This document shows positions 41,851 through 56,410 of a DNA stretch of 64,000 nucleotides, in pieces (position 1 is the stretch's first letter; the number at the start of each line of letters is the position of its first letter). Origin of the DNA: Piromyces finnis finn. Its lineage: Eukaryota > Fungi > Neocallimastigomycota. Under the pieces are notes generated by a model. The model was given only the letters and a program-made list of their open reading frames with translations, searched no databases and was not told the origin of the DNA. The stretch spans positions 1-64,000 of the forward strand of contig MCFH01000072.1 of NCBI GenBank assembly GCA_002104945.1. Reading direction: 5' to 3'. The translations under genes were made by a program, and so were the position numbers.

Positions 41851-44316
41851 TTTTATTATTTATTCTATATATATTTATAAAAAGCTTTGGATTTTATAAC
41901 TAAATTTTTATATTTTTTATTTTGATTTTTATATTTTTTTTTTTTGCTTTTTTTTTTTTTTTTTTTTTTTTTTTGTTTTTTTTGTTTTTGTTTTTGTTTG
42001 TTCTTGTTGTTGTTTTTTGGCTTTTTTTTTTTTTCTAGCCTCTTTTTTCCTTTTTATTTTTTATTTTTTTTTAACGATTATTATTTATTATCAAAAAAAA
42101 AAAAAAAATTAATTCCTTATTTTTATATTTATATTTCACAATAAAAAAAATAATACCCTAATAATTTTTTTATTTTAATAATTCCATCTTCATATAAAAA
42201 TAAAACCAATTTATTAATTAATATAATAAAATATATAGATTGTATTAATTATTTATATAATGATTTAATTCTTTTTTTTAATAATAATATAAATCTTTTT
42301 AATTGCTAATATAATTAATATGTTTTATTCTATAAGAGTTATTATATATTTAATATATATAATTATAATAAGATTAATAAACTAATTTAATAAATTTTAT
42401 TTATTAATAAAAAATTAAATTAATTTTTTGTGTAATCTAAAAAAAACATTATATTTAAACTTTAATTATAATAAAATTGAAGATGGCTCTTAATTGACTA
42501 GAATAAAAAATAGAATTTGAACTAAATTTAATATAAAAACTGCATTTTCATTCGTTAACCAAAATGAATAAATATTTTTTATATTAAAATTAATATAAAT
42601 AGTATATTAATAAATCATTTCTATTTACAAATACATAATGTAATATAATGTAATGTATTTAAAAGTTTCATAGTAAAATTGAAAAATAGAAGCATAGAAT
42701 GTCAAAAAGGTGGGTTAGCCTAAAAAGAAATTTTTAAGGAGAAATTGGGAAAAAAAAAATTTAATTTGTGGGATAATTTTCAATTTCATGATTGTTTTGA
42801 CATTAAATAATAATTTCAATAATACAATAGAATAGTGTCAATAATTAATAATTCAATAGTATAATATGAATTATTATTAATATTATTATTAATATTATTA
42901 TTATTATTATTATTAATATTATTTTATTACCGCCGCCGTTTATTATCTAAAATTAAAAAAAAAATAAAGGAGAAGATTTGTGTTTAATTTATATTGTACA
43001 TTACAATACAATATAGGGTGTATAAGCCAATAAAATTCCATAAATAGAAATTAAATGACGATTCAATTATTCATAGGAATTATTCATAGGAATGGCATAA
43101 ATAAAGGGTAAGTAGTATGGTGTATGATTGAGAAACAATAAAAAAGGCTAAAAAGAATAAAAGAGATAAAAGCCAAAAGGCAAAAAAAAAAAAAAAAAAA
43201 AAAAAAAAGGAAAAGGAAAAGGAAAAGGGTATATAAATGTATTCTATTGTTTTTTAAAAATAAAAATAATTAAAAATCTTATTATTTTTTTTTTAAAAAT
43301 AAAACTATAAATAATAATGCTTTCATATAAAAAGGAAAGAAAAAAAAAAATTCAAAAAAGGCATTTTCCTTTTATGGTTAAATTTGTTTTTTTTATTGAG
43401 AAGGAAATGAATCATCATCATCATCATCATCATCAACAAGTGATCCTTTTTCTCTTTGAATATAAATAAAAACTTTTTTTTGTAGGATGAATTTTACCTT
43501 TAAATGAAATCTGACCTATTTTATAAAGGTTGAATTAGAAAAGTTAAAAAAAAAAAAAAATCTCAAAATTTTCTTATAAATTGAGATTTTTTTTAAAAAA
43601 AATAAAGAATAATTGAAAATAAAAATGGGATTAGGTTGGGGTAGATATGTTTTTTTTTTTTGTTTTTTTTTTTAATTCCTTTCTTTTATTAGTTTTTTTT
43701 TTTTTTTAATAGATTTTATTTATTATTTCTTTTTTTTTTTTTTTTGAAATATTATTTTAAACTTTTTTTTTTTACTTAAAAAATAAAAAGTAAATAAAAA
43801 TAATACTACTAATTATATAATATGATATTTGTAAAAAGGATAAATATAAAAATGAAATCATACAACGAGTGATCTAAAAAAAAAAAAGTATTATCTTTTC
43901 ATAGTGTTTTTTATTATAGTTTAGTATTATTTTGAATATTTTTTTTCGGTGTTGTTATCAAATAATTAATTATTGGTTCACTTTTTTTTTTTGCTTTTGT
44001 TTTGTTTTTTTTTTTTCCTAAAAAAATTTTACAAATAGTCTTATATTTTAAATATACAACTTTAAAAATGATATTAACAAGATAATAACTTTTTGAAAAA
44101 AAATTAAAAAAAAATTCTGCTTTAAATTCTTTTTCTTTTAAAACATTTTTAATCTTTATATATTTTGTCTTTTTTTTTTTTTAATTTTTATTTCTTTTTT
44201 TTAAAAAATTAATTATTTTTTTTTTATTTTTATAAAAATAAATTTCTAATTTTATAATTTATTCTTTTTTTACTAAATATTTAAATAATTATATTAGGTT
44301 GATAATCTATATTAAA

Positions 44317-45537
44317 TTATTGAGTTGGACGAGCAAGAGAACTGAAACGATCCTTTTTAGTTTCATCAACACCAGTGATTCTATTAACTGGGAAGACACC
44401 TTCAGTATTAAAGGATAAGTTTCTACCCTTAGCCCAACCATCATCATAAACTTCTATGATTTCAACAACATTTCCTGGTTCTAATTCAATTTCATCATTT
44501 AAGCTTGGTTGAAAATCATATTTAATGGTATATTGACATCCAGGAACGATTTGTGTATTATCTGAAGCTTTTGGATAACATTGATCATAACCTTGGTTGT
44601 ATTGATCTTGAACTTGACCTTGACCATATTGATTATCATAACCTTGGTTAGCATATTGGTCTTGAGCAGCGTATTGATCAGCATATCCTTGACCATATTG
44701 ATTATCATAACCTTGGTTAGCATATTGGTCTTGAGCAGCGTATTGATCAGCATATTGATCTTGAGCATTGTATTGATCAGCATATCCTTGATCAATATTT
44801 GTAGCATAACCAGTTTCATAGGTTGGTTTATCATTTTGATAATTATTGTAAGTGGTGGTTGGTTGATGAGTAAAGTTAAATTCTTCATCATCCTTACTTC
44901 TCTTACTACGAATACAAATGAAGGCAAGAATACAAATAACAACAGCAGCAACACCAATACCAATATATATGTATTTATTGTTATTACCATTCTTTGGATT
45001 ATCAGTACTTTCATCAGTTGAAGTTGAAGTAGCACCTGAATTAGTAGGTGTACTATAATTGTTAGTTGATGTACTTTGGTTGTTAGAAGGTTGTGAACTT
45101 GAAGCTTGATTATTAGTTTGTGGAGTGGTAGTTTGAGGTGTAGTACCTACTGGATTTTGAACATTATTGGTTGAACCTTGATCATTACCTGGAACATTGG
45201 TGTTATTTTGATCACCATTAGTATTTGTATCACCTGGAACACTAGGGTTGGTATTACCTGGATTTGTTGGTAAATTATTTCCTGGGTTATTATTACCTTG
45301 GTTTGAATCTGGTTGAGTAACAGGAGTATTATTATCTTGTTCTTTTTCAGGTTTTCCTGTATTTGGTTCTGGTGTAGCTGGAGTGTTATTACCTGCATCT
45401 TCTGGTGGATTTGATGGAGTATTATCTCCATTACCAGCATCATTATCTGGTTCTTGTCTTGGAAGAATAACTCTTGCACTACATTGAATTGCTAATATAG
45501 CAATTAATAAAAAAATTATTAATTGTTTTGAATTCAT
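44317..45537 (-). CDS. Type-I membrane protein: signal peptide, N/P/T-rich ectodomain, one TM helix, Y/Q/D repeats, C-terminal SH3
   Basis: Signal MNSKQLIIFLLIAILAIQCSA; TM YIYIGIGVAAVVICILAFICI followed by RSKR; SH3 YDFQPSLNDEIELEPGNVVEIIEVYDDGWAKGRN...EGVFPVN. Confidence 0.88.
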   Translation of the reverse strand: MNSKQLIIFLLIAILAIQCSARVILPRQEPDNDAGNGDNTPSNPPEDAGNNTPATPEPNTGKPEKEQDNNTPVTQPDSNQGNNNPGNNLPTNPGNTNPSVPGDTNTNGDQNNTNVPGNDQGSTNNVQNPVGTTPQTTTPQTNNQASSSQPSNNQSTSTNNYSTPTNSGATSTSTDESTDNPKNGNNNKYIYIGIGVAAVVICILAFICIRSKRSKDDEEFNFTHQPTTTYNNYQNDKPTYETGYATNIDQGYADQYNAQDQYADQYAAQDQYANQGYDNQYGQGYADQYAAQDQYANQGYDNQYGQGQVQDQYNQGYDQCYPKASDNTQIVPGCQYTIKYDFQPSLNDEIELEPGNVVEIIEVYDDGWAKGRNLSFNTEGVFPVNRITGVDETKKDRFSSLARPTQ

Positions 45538-48500
45538 TTTTACTTTCCTCTATATTATATAATTTAAAATCTTTAAAAATAAATATTGTTAATACTTTTT
45601 TTTAATTTATTATAAATTTTAATAATCATTTTTCTTCTTACCTATTTATTTATAAAAATTTTTATTTCAAAGATAATAAAAAATTTTTTAAAGGATCAAC
45701 TTTTTATTATCTTTTAAGGTTTTTTTAAATAATACTATATATATAATAAAATAAAAACAAATAAATTTTTTATTTATTAATAAATTTTTAATTTTTTTTA
45801 ATTTATATTCATACAATAAATTTTTAAATAAAAATAAATATCAATTTTTTTTATTTATTACTAATTATTGATTTTTTTTTTTTTTTAATTTATAAATAAT
45901 AAATTCTTAAAATATTATATTCTTAATTAATCAGTGCATAGGTAACATATGTAACAAGTGACTTTATGCTTTTTGTTATTATATTTTCTTAATATTAACA
46001 ACCATATTTTTCATTTTTATATTTTCTCTTTCCCTTTTTTCTAATATAACCTTTTCAACCGCATCTCTTTTTCATTTTTATATTTTACTCTTTTTCTTTT
46101 TTTTTTCTATATATACAATCTTTTCAACTACTTCAATTTTAAATTTATTGCAAATAATCATTGTATAATATGATAAAATTCATTCACCAAATAATATATT
46201 TATATAAGTTAAATAGTGAAGACTTTTAATACTATAATTTTTACTTATTTGTATTCTTTTATTTTGACGGACATTTTTATTTTGAAATATTGATAAAATG
46301 TGGTATATTTGGAGGAAAAAATATTGTTATATTACTAAATTTATCTACATTATATTATGATTTGACTCTTTACTTTTATATTTAATACTATATAAATTTT
46401 TATTTTTCAATATTTTATTTTCATGTTTCATATTATTTAATCTTTTACTTTTTTAATATTCGACTTTTATTATACTTTAATACTACAAATGTTATTTACC
46501 TAAATTTATAATTTATAATTTTTTTAATTTTATTAATTATTTATTTTACTTTAAAATAGTTTACTTTTTTTAACAAATTATTAAAAAAAAAAAAAAAAAA
46601 GGTGAATATCCAGCTTTTATATAATATTACTCAATAATTCTTCTTTTTATAATGTATATTAAAATATAATACATTATATGTTAATATATTGTTATACAAT
46701 TATAAAATTAATCAAAATAATATATTTAATTTAAAACGAATATATTAAACATTTTATTTATAAAGATTTTTTTATATTACTTCAAAGCTTAATTATTAAT
46801 AAATTATATTTAATCTGTAGGTTAAGTTTTAATATATTGAATACAATTAATTATTTATATTATTAGGTATATTATAATGATATTAAAAAATTTAATATTA
46901 TAATTTTTAGTAATTTAATATTTAATAATATTTAATATAGGTTACACGTATCTTTTTTCATTAAATAAAAAACTTGTTTTGATATATATTATAATATATT
47001 GAGAATATATTTTATAATAATTTAATTTATTTATTTTTATATATTTTCTATTTCAAGGAATTTTGTATCACATTCTCATTATTATTATAATTTATTAATC
47101 AATAGTAAATTTAATAAAAATAATTTTATAAACATATATTAGTTTGTATACTAATATATTAATTATCAGTATATTCAACTTTTTATAAATATATCATATT
47201 TTATTATCATTAAAATATTATTTAACATATTATCAATATCATTTATATATTTATTAAAACTATTTTAATATAATATTTTATATTGAACTGATATATTAGA
47301 GATATATTTTAAATTCATTCATTGCATTGAATTGCATTGAATATTCTATATATAAATAGTAGTATCAAAATAAAAAAACACTAGCAGCATGTAAAAAAAA
47401 AACAAAGGATTTATATTCCACAATATACAAAGCAATATAATTTCTATATATAAAATAAATTGAAATTCAATATAATATATGTTTATAATAAATTTTTAAT
47501 AATATTTTTATATAGTGTCACTAGTTTGTGGTTAATAAAAGAATTAAAATATTATTATTATGGACTATTCTAGGCAATAACTACACCATAGATTATAATT
47601 ATTCTAGGTTATCATATTGGTTAAAATAATTTATAATATTATTTAATACTACCATAATTACGATATTATTATAATACTATTTTATTACCTATTATTTTTT
47701 ATCATTAAAATAGCATTTCCTTATTATCATCATTTGTATTATAATATTATAATAGGATTATTCAATATTATTGTAATACTATTCCATTATTCTAATATAT
47801 TACCCTAGGTTATTATGAATACTTTTATATTAATTGAAATCTTTACTTCTATCTAAAAAGTAATCTAAAAAGTTTGTTTTTTTCTATCCTAATATATATC
47901 AGAATGATTCAAAGAAAAATTAGAATAACTAATTCATCTAATTATTTTACTAAAAAAAACTATATATCTTCTTATTCTTTTAATAGAATACTGCTTTTTA
48001 ATAAAGTAAATACAGGATTTATTATTTATTATAATAAACCTTTTTATTAAATATGTCTTGTTGCTTGTTTACTATTGTCTACCTGACTTCCTGGTCATAT
48101 TACCCAAAAAAAAAATTCATTTTTATTTGATAATATATTAAAATAAATGATATTCATTTTTCTTGAAATAAATAAAAAATTTTGTTTTTTTTTTGGTATG
48201 AGGATATAAAATTATATTAAATAAAGTTTATTAATAAAAAAAGATTTTTCCATTAAAATTTTGTTTTTATTTTTTTAAAAAAAAAAACTTTTATCAAAAA
48301 AAAAAAAGAAACAAAAAGTCTTGATATTGACTTTGTTCTTTAAATAATTTCTACAATATATGTTAATTGATCATAGAATAGGTAGCGATGGATTAAAAGG
48401 AAAAAAAAGAATTTAATTACTTTATATCCTAGAATTACTATTTTGATGGCACATTCATACATTACATTTAAAAATATAATAGTATAAACACTTTAAACAT

Positions 48501-49596
48501 TGTTCATGTAATTGCAGAGCTATGAATTTATTATTGGATAACACTATTCAAAGTTTATTCCCATAAATCCTTTTCTCAAATATATATATACATAAGGAAT
48601 ACTATTCACTTTTTAAATGTAATTCTTATAATTCTTATTATTAAAATGTCAATTTAGAGACATTTTTTAATTGTAATACATTACTTAATTTATTGTACAT
48701 TATTCATATATTATGTATTTATAAGGGATTACAAAAAAGGTTAGGTGAAAATAGGGAAAGTGTATGTATTTAATGAAGAAAATTATATATATATAAAAAA
48801 AAGTTAATAGTGATCAAAGAATATGATAATGAGATAATGATGGTAGTAATTACAATAGAAATAGAAACTAATTTATAAGAGATAGAAAAAAAAAACTATA
48901 TATAAATAAAGATTATATATACCATTTTAATTTATGAAAAATCAATTTGACTTTTCAACATGACTAAAATTATATTCATTTTATATAGCTTAATTTTTAA
49001 ATAATAATTATATCCAACATACATAGTGAATGTATTTATATATTTTTTGAAATATACTTTAGAAAAGGATATTTTTATTGCATCGTTAACAATTTTCAAT
49101 GTTTCATTGTTGTTTATAATGTATTATTTGAATTGAAAGACTATGAACATATAATTTCCATTCCATATTATATAAAGAAAACTAATAAATTTTTTTCATG
49201 GATATAATTATTTTTTTTGTTTCTTTCTTTTTTTCGATATTTACTTTATCATTTCTTTATTATCTCAATAATGACAAATTATTTAAAAAAGATGTTTAAA
49301 TTAAAAAGAAATCTCTTATAAAAACGTTTATATAATTATTTCAAATGAAAAGAATAAACACCATTATTTTTTTTATTTAGAATTGTTTAATGCCAAAAAA
49401 AAAAAAAAAAGGCAATAGTAGGTAACTGAAAATTTTATATTTGAATTTTTTCAGGTTAAATTTTGAATTTTCAAAGTTTCTACATAAAAAAAATTTTAAT
49501 ATTAAATTAAATTAAGACAGGTTAGTTTATATTAAAATAAAAAATAGAAAATAATTTTTATTGTTGTTTTCTTTATTCATGAAAAATTAAAAAAGT

Positions 49597-52500
49597 ATGA
49601 ATTCAATACACACCTTACAAGCAGACGATTTCAATTCAAGAATTTTTGAAGTCATTTCAAAAAAAGATAATACACCAAATAAAGAAAATAATAATGTTTC
49701 TCTATTTGATACCAATCTTAATAGAAATATATTGGAAAACAGCTTAAACCAAATTAAAAATCGAATTGAAGAAATAAATGTATAAACAATTAAATAGCAA
49801 ATATATTAATAAATTTTAAAATAAATTATGTCTTTAATAAAATTTATAGATATACCATTTCATGTTGTACTAACAGAATCCTTTTATATATATCTAACAA
49901 TTTATTAAACAATATTATCCTATTCTATTGATTTTATTTTTAACTATTTAAAAATCAATAGAAAAATAATTTAATAATATTAAAAGAAAATACAGAACAA
50001 TTTGAAAAGGAATACAAAAATTCTTTAGAAACTTATGACTCAAGCGTTCACTATTTAACAAAAATTAATACTTTAATAAAAGATATTAATGAAGAAGTAA
50101 TAAGTTTATTTAAAATTATAATATATTCAATTCAACTTAACTTTTTTTTTTTTTTTAAATTAAAATAATAATAATTTATTTTGTATTATTAAAATTTCCA
50201 TATTCATTTAAAAAGGAGGGCATTAAATCAAAAATTGATGAATTAATTAGAGAAAAAAAGAAATAAAACAAAAAATTTCTTATTCCCAAAAAGTTGGTGA
50301 TTTATTAAGTCAAATTCATAAAGTAAATTTCAAACCATAATCCATTATAAAACAAAAACAAGGAAAAAAACATTCTTCATATATATATATATATATAAAA
50401 AGAAAAAATAAAATATAAATATTAATTATGATTCTTTCTATGATTTAGATATATCAAAATATTAAAGCTATTGAACAAGCCATTTATGTCAATGATTATA
50501 TCAATGCTACAGAAAAATTAATAAATTTGGTAAGAATAATAATATATGATTTGCTATTTATAAATATTTAGCATTTATTAATTCAAAATTCTTATTATTT
50601 TCAAATTAATAAAATAAAATCCTACAAAATATTAAACATAAATTAGAAAAATCAATCAAAAAGTATATCCATGGAATATAAAAATATAAAAATTATTAAA
50701 GAATTAAAGGTATGACCATCATACACAATGATAATGATACCACAAATTTAATAAGAATTTAATCCAACTAGTAAAAACAATAAATAATAATAAATTATTT
50801 TTCAAAATCATCTTTATAAAAAATAAAAATAGGAAAATGTCAATAGAATTAGTGATTTAATAAAAGGAAATTTGGAGGATATTATTTCTAAATTCTTTAT
50901 CTTTAATAATACTAATGAAAATAATTGTGATTTAACTGTTCATAAGATTTTAACAAGTAATCTATAGAAATATACTAAAATAATATGTATCAGTAATTTA
51001 TTTCAATTAGTTTGTTATTAATCATTTATTTTTTTTATTTTTTTTATTATTATTCCTATTTTATATACCTATTACTTTTATATGCAACTGGATTCCTACA
51101 CCATATGTATTTAAATATTTATTAATTTTTCTAAAAAAAAATACAATTTAAAACTTAGAATATGGAAAATGTGAAAATGTTATTCAATTAACAAATATAC
51201 TATATTCCATATACAAATTGGACAGCATACATTATCATTTATCCCCATTTTTTAAGAATTTAAAAAATCGCTTTTTAAAACCAATAATTCAAAATTCACA
51301 ATATCAATTAGAATTAAAAGAAAATAATGATCAATGTCTATTAATAAGATGCGCTATTAATGATTCCTATTCAAAATCATGGTGTAATAAGGTTGCACCA
51401 GAAGGTAATATTAATACCATGTCATGCTTTAATCCTTTTTTTTTTTTTTTTTTATCAAAATATTAATTTAAAAATACAATTGAGTAAAAAGAGCATTTCA
51501 TTAAGATTACAACTCTCTATTTCTTTATCTTTTATTATCAATCTATAGAAAACTTATACGGCGTATTATTACATTTATTTAACACAATTGAAGATACTAT
51601 TTTTGATTTTAAGAATAATGAATTAGTGGATAGTCATGAAGATAAAGAGACTATAAAACATGAATTCTTAAAAGAAATGGGAAAATGCATAGAGCACGAT
51701 TGTATAAAATTAATTATTAATAATTATTTAGAAAAATCTATACCTTCGTATACTTCAGATCTAGATGCTTTTGATACTATCACTTTGGAAACTAAAAACT
51801 ATGAAGAATATCTAAAATCAAAAGGTACAGCTGTTATTTAAATTTTCTTTTATAATTTTTTAAATATTCCTATAACACTCTGGATTGTACTTTCATCAAT
51901 CCTAATCAATAATGTTTGTGTATTTATTTTGTTTTATAAAATTCAATATTTAACCATCACATTAACACGATAATTTAGGCTTAATATCCGAAAGTAATTA
52001 TGATCTTTCTCAATATTGTGATGAAATTGATATCCACTTTACCAATCAAAAACATAATTTATTAATGAAAAAAGTACAAAAATTGCTAACATCCTCAGAT
52101 TATGAATTAGAAGTTGTTGAAGAAAGTTCCTTTAGTCAAGGTAAAATACAAATATTGGCATAATAATATAATATAATAAGAAATTTCAATTATCTTACAT
52201 ATTATTGCTACTATTCTCTGGCACCCTGACATTGTTTTTTTGCCTTTACTTTATTAATTAAATAAATATTCAATACTAATTTATTTTTATTCACCGATTA
52301 TTTTTATTCAAAAAAAAAAAAAAAAAAAGAAACAAAAATATTTGAAAATGATTCAACATCTCAAAAAGCATCTGAATTATCACAAATGTCAGATAATAAA
52401 GAAAAGATGACAGAATTTTCTTTCAACTTTGAACAAAATTTCATTACTTTCCCAAGATGTTGTATTGATTCAAGAACTAAGCAATTATTAGAATTAGTAT

Positions 52501-54143
52501 CCAATACCCTAAAAGAAGCTTCTAATATGACTTTACCATGGTATATAATAATGAATATTATAAAATGATTGTTTATTAAACATTGAAAAAAAAAAATGGT
52601 TAAAGTATTTAAAAATTAAATGGATAAACGATTTCTTTACTAATTCTACTATATATATGTATATATATTTGTTTGTTTTTGTTTGATTTATTATCCTTTA
52701 TAAATTCTATATATAATATGTAATATAATGTGGGTGGGTGGTAATAGTTTCTATCGTTTATACTATTCCATTAGAGATGTTTTTGATTATTATAGAGCAG
52801 TGATTCCAGTATTATATGCGGATAACATTAAAAATAATGTTGAATATTGTGCTATCTTCCATAACGATTGTATGTATATTTCTCATCACTTGATGTTAAT
52901 GAGTTTCCAAAACCGTGAACTTTTGATGCGTATTGCCGAATATGAAAAACAAAATAAAAAGCATATAGAGAATAATAGAGAAGTAAAGCAACATGTCACC
53001 CTTTTAGATTTAATTACACAATTTAGAAAATTGGGTGAAAAATTCTTTAACCATCAAATGGTAAGTTGAACCTCTCTCAAAAAAAAACTATTTATATTCG
53101 ACTAATTTTTAGATAATTCGTTGCAATTAAAATAAAATATAATGCTATATATATAATTTACAATGAATATTTAATTGGCAATTGATTAAACGATCTATTT
53201 ATTTTTTATTTGTAAACCAATGCAAATAACAAAACAAACAAAAAATATAGTGTAATTATAAAAATAAAATATTAGATAAAATTAGATCAACCAATTCATT
53301 TGAAATGAATGATCCCAAAAGGGTTGATGTTGTAACCAATGCATTAAATGAAGTCAAAGATGTTTTACAAAAATTAAGTATGGCATGGAAGGTAAAAAGA
53401 ATAAATTCTTTTTTTTTTTTAATTATTAAATAGTTGGTAGTTTTAACAATTACTTTTTACTTTATTTTATTTATCCTACATAAAAACCATTTCACTTTTT
53501 ATATAAAAAAAAAAAAAAAATAGCCAATTCTACCGGCCTTTATGTATTTAGATGTCATGGGTAAAGTTTATGATTTGACTTTAAAAGAATTAATTCGTCA
53601 AATTCAAAAATTAAGTGACATCACCATGGATGATTCTGAAAAGCTTAATGAATTATTAAGTAACTTTAAGGATTGTGATGATATATTTGATAAAATTCTT
53701 TCAGATAAATCTCTTGAAGTATGTATTAATTACCCTATTATTTCAATGACTATTCACTGTTTTTTTTTTTTTTTTTTTTTTGTATATATATCTTTAAATT
53801 TCTAAAATGAATCTATAACTAATAAAAACTTTGAAAAAAAAAAAAAATAATTTTTTATTGACAGGATATTCTTAAAGTATACGTTCCACATTATAAGAAG
53901 TTTGATCTTATTGTTGATATTTTAATGTTAAAATTAGCAGATATTATGAGTAACTTTAGACAAGGATTTTATGATGGATCTGTACCAGAAATTAATTCGG
54001 ATGGTAACCTTAATCCATATTTCTTATTGGACGGATTCTATCCAGAAGAATTAATTAAATTAATTCGAGCTTTATTCAGTGATAGTAGTTTACGTTCTAA
54101 AAGCATTGACGAAATTAAAAGTTCAAAAAAAAATAATAAATAA
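49597..54143 (+). CDS. ZW10: Centromere/kinetochore protein ZW10 (Dsl1/NRZ complex), multi-exon
   Basis: FPRCCIDSRTKQLLELVSNTLKEA, LYYSIRDVFDYYRAVIP...AIFHNDCMYISHHL and the end ELIKLIRALFSDSSLRSKSIDEI match ZW10 as recalled; one apparent 1-nt deletion at 50253-50259; 5' exon boundaries less certain. Confidence 0.88.
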
Positions 54144-56351
54144 ATTCAATTAGTTTACGAAAAAAAAAATAAAAATAAAAATAAAAATAAAAATAAAAAA
54201 TAAAAAAATTTTAATAATAGAAACCTTCTATAACCACTACTACTATATATATATAGTAAAGAAAAAAAATAATTAATAGAAATAGAAATGCTTTTTTTTT
54301 TTTCAAAAAAAAAAAAAAAGTAATTGTGATAATAACAAGAGTAAAAAAAAAAAAAAAAAGGTCCATATATATATATATATATATTAAATCAACAAGATAA
54401 AAGAATACAAATAAAAGAGAGTAAAAAAAAAATAAAGTAAAATAAAAAATAAACTAAAAGATATACTAGTTATATTTAAAGGATGTATCCTAGAATAACA
54501 ATAATTTTTTTACTTGATTAATAATAATTATCTCATTAAATATTATCTTTTATTATTATTTTATTTCATTCATTAATAGTATTAAATGGTTATACTACCC
54601 ATGTGTTTAGAATATATTTTTCTTTTTCTATAATTATTATTATTCAGAATCCTATTCATTATATGAAAAAATGAGTAAGAGTTTATTCCTAAAATAAGAG
54701 GCATGATCTTGTGACAGTTATACAAACAAATAGTCTTCCTCCCTCCATTCACATTTTAAAAGAAATAAAGATTGATATTTTAAATTAATTTTCTCAAACT
54801 ATTTAATTATTTATATTTCTACATCACATCATATATGATTGTATTAAATAAAATACCTACCTACACTACCTAATTGAATAAAAGTATAATTGGGTAGAAT
54901 TGTAATTTTAATGGTGTGCTAATACAATTTATTTAAAGAGGATAAAATAAAATAAAAAAAAATCATTATTAAATATAATTATATATATCATTATATATAC
55001 CATTATATTTTTAAAAAATAATGATGCTATTATAGTGTAAAAAAAAAAATATTTAATCCTCTTTAACGACAGTAGTCCCGTAATTGAATGGATCGGGTTT
55101 TTCTTTTTTAAAAAAAGAATTTAAATTTTAGGGTAACACAAAATTTGATCTTTTAAAAAAAAACCTTTCAAAAAGTTATTAAGGTGGGAGACAAACAAAA
55201 TGGATATGTAATTACAATGTATACATTCAATACATTAATTTAATACATTTTTAATATTGAGATCACATGTACTCGAACATAATACAAGTGAATTTTATGT
55301 ATAAAGTGAATTACTTTTATAATTTTATCTATTATAAACTTTATCTTTGAACACTCAAAGTATTAATATCGTTTTATACTCAACAAAAATTCCATATTAA
55401 ATATTTAATACTTTTTTTTTTTTGTACTAATTAAACTTTTTCAATAATAAATTGTTCAATGTTCAATTATACTAATACTAGATTGATGGTATGGATCATA
55501 CATTGACCTTTTTCTTTTTTACATTTTATAAATAAATTTTATATATGTCATTGTACATAATTATAAAAAAAAAAAACAATATACCTTTGGATTCTTTTTT
55601 GATTTCTCGATATCCATACTTTGTAAATATTATTGTTATTATTATTATTATTGTTGTTGTTGTTGGACTTTTCTTTACAACAATCAATTCTATTATATAT
55701 ACTCTCTTTTTATTTTATTTTATTTCTACAAAAAAAAATTGATTGATATAAATCACCTTTTATTTTATAATTTTTAATCCTTTCGTTTATACTTTGAATA
55801 TTATTAGAATTTGTATTATTTTATTCAATATCATTCCTTTACTTCTTAATCGTAAAATTGTTGAATATAAATGAATTTAATTGCCACTTTATAATCACTT
55901 TTTGCGATCTTCCTTCCTTTAAATGAAAACTATAAAAAAATATACTAATCATATAACCTAATCCTTATATTCATTTTTTTATAATTTTTCTGCAAAGGTC
56001 CATGCAAAGGTTTAATTTTAATATATTAATAGAAATATATAATTTTAAAAATTTATATAAAAAAATTCCACTTCCATTGATAATTGATTTAAATCGTACT
56101 ATTCTATCGATTGACCGTAAATTGACATTTATATTTATTGAAACTAAAATGAATGATTTTCTCATATTTCAATATATTAGCCATTATATTGTTAATATGT
56201 GCTAAAAATAAATTATTTTGTCCTACCCTAAGGAAAAAAGGCTTTTAAAAAATATTTAAACTAAAATTCAAATGCATCAACATTTTATAATGGCCTAAAA
56301 TGAAAAGATGTGACCTATTCCTAGATCCTAGTGCTATATAAAAACTTTTCT

Positions 56352-56353
<2 letters not shown>

Positions 56354-56392
<39 letters not shown>

Positions 56393-56410
56393 TATTATTA
56401 TTATTATTAT
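56354..56410. repeat. Head-to-head (AAT)n/(ATT)n microsatellite forming a 38-bp perfect palindrome (56373-56410)
   Basis: Centre AA|TT at 56391/56392 with 19-bp arms. Confidence 0.85.

Noticed and set aside
45950-46946. TGTAAC...GTTACA spaced about 1 kb, a possible solo LTR
   Set aside because: Flanks do not form a TSD (ACATA vs CGTAT), and there is no second copy or PBS.
54859-55120. Two small hairpins (CTACCTAATT/AATTGGGTAG; CCCG/CGGG) as possible ncRNA or Helitron end
   Set aside because: No snRNA, snoRNA or tRNA motifs and no properly placed CTRR terminus.
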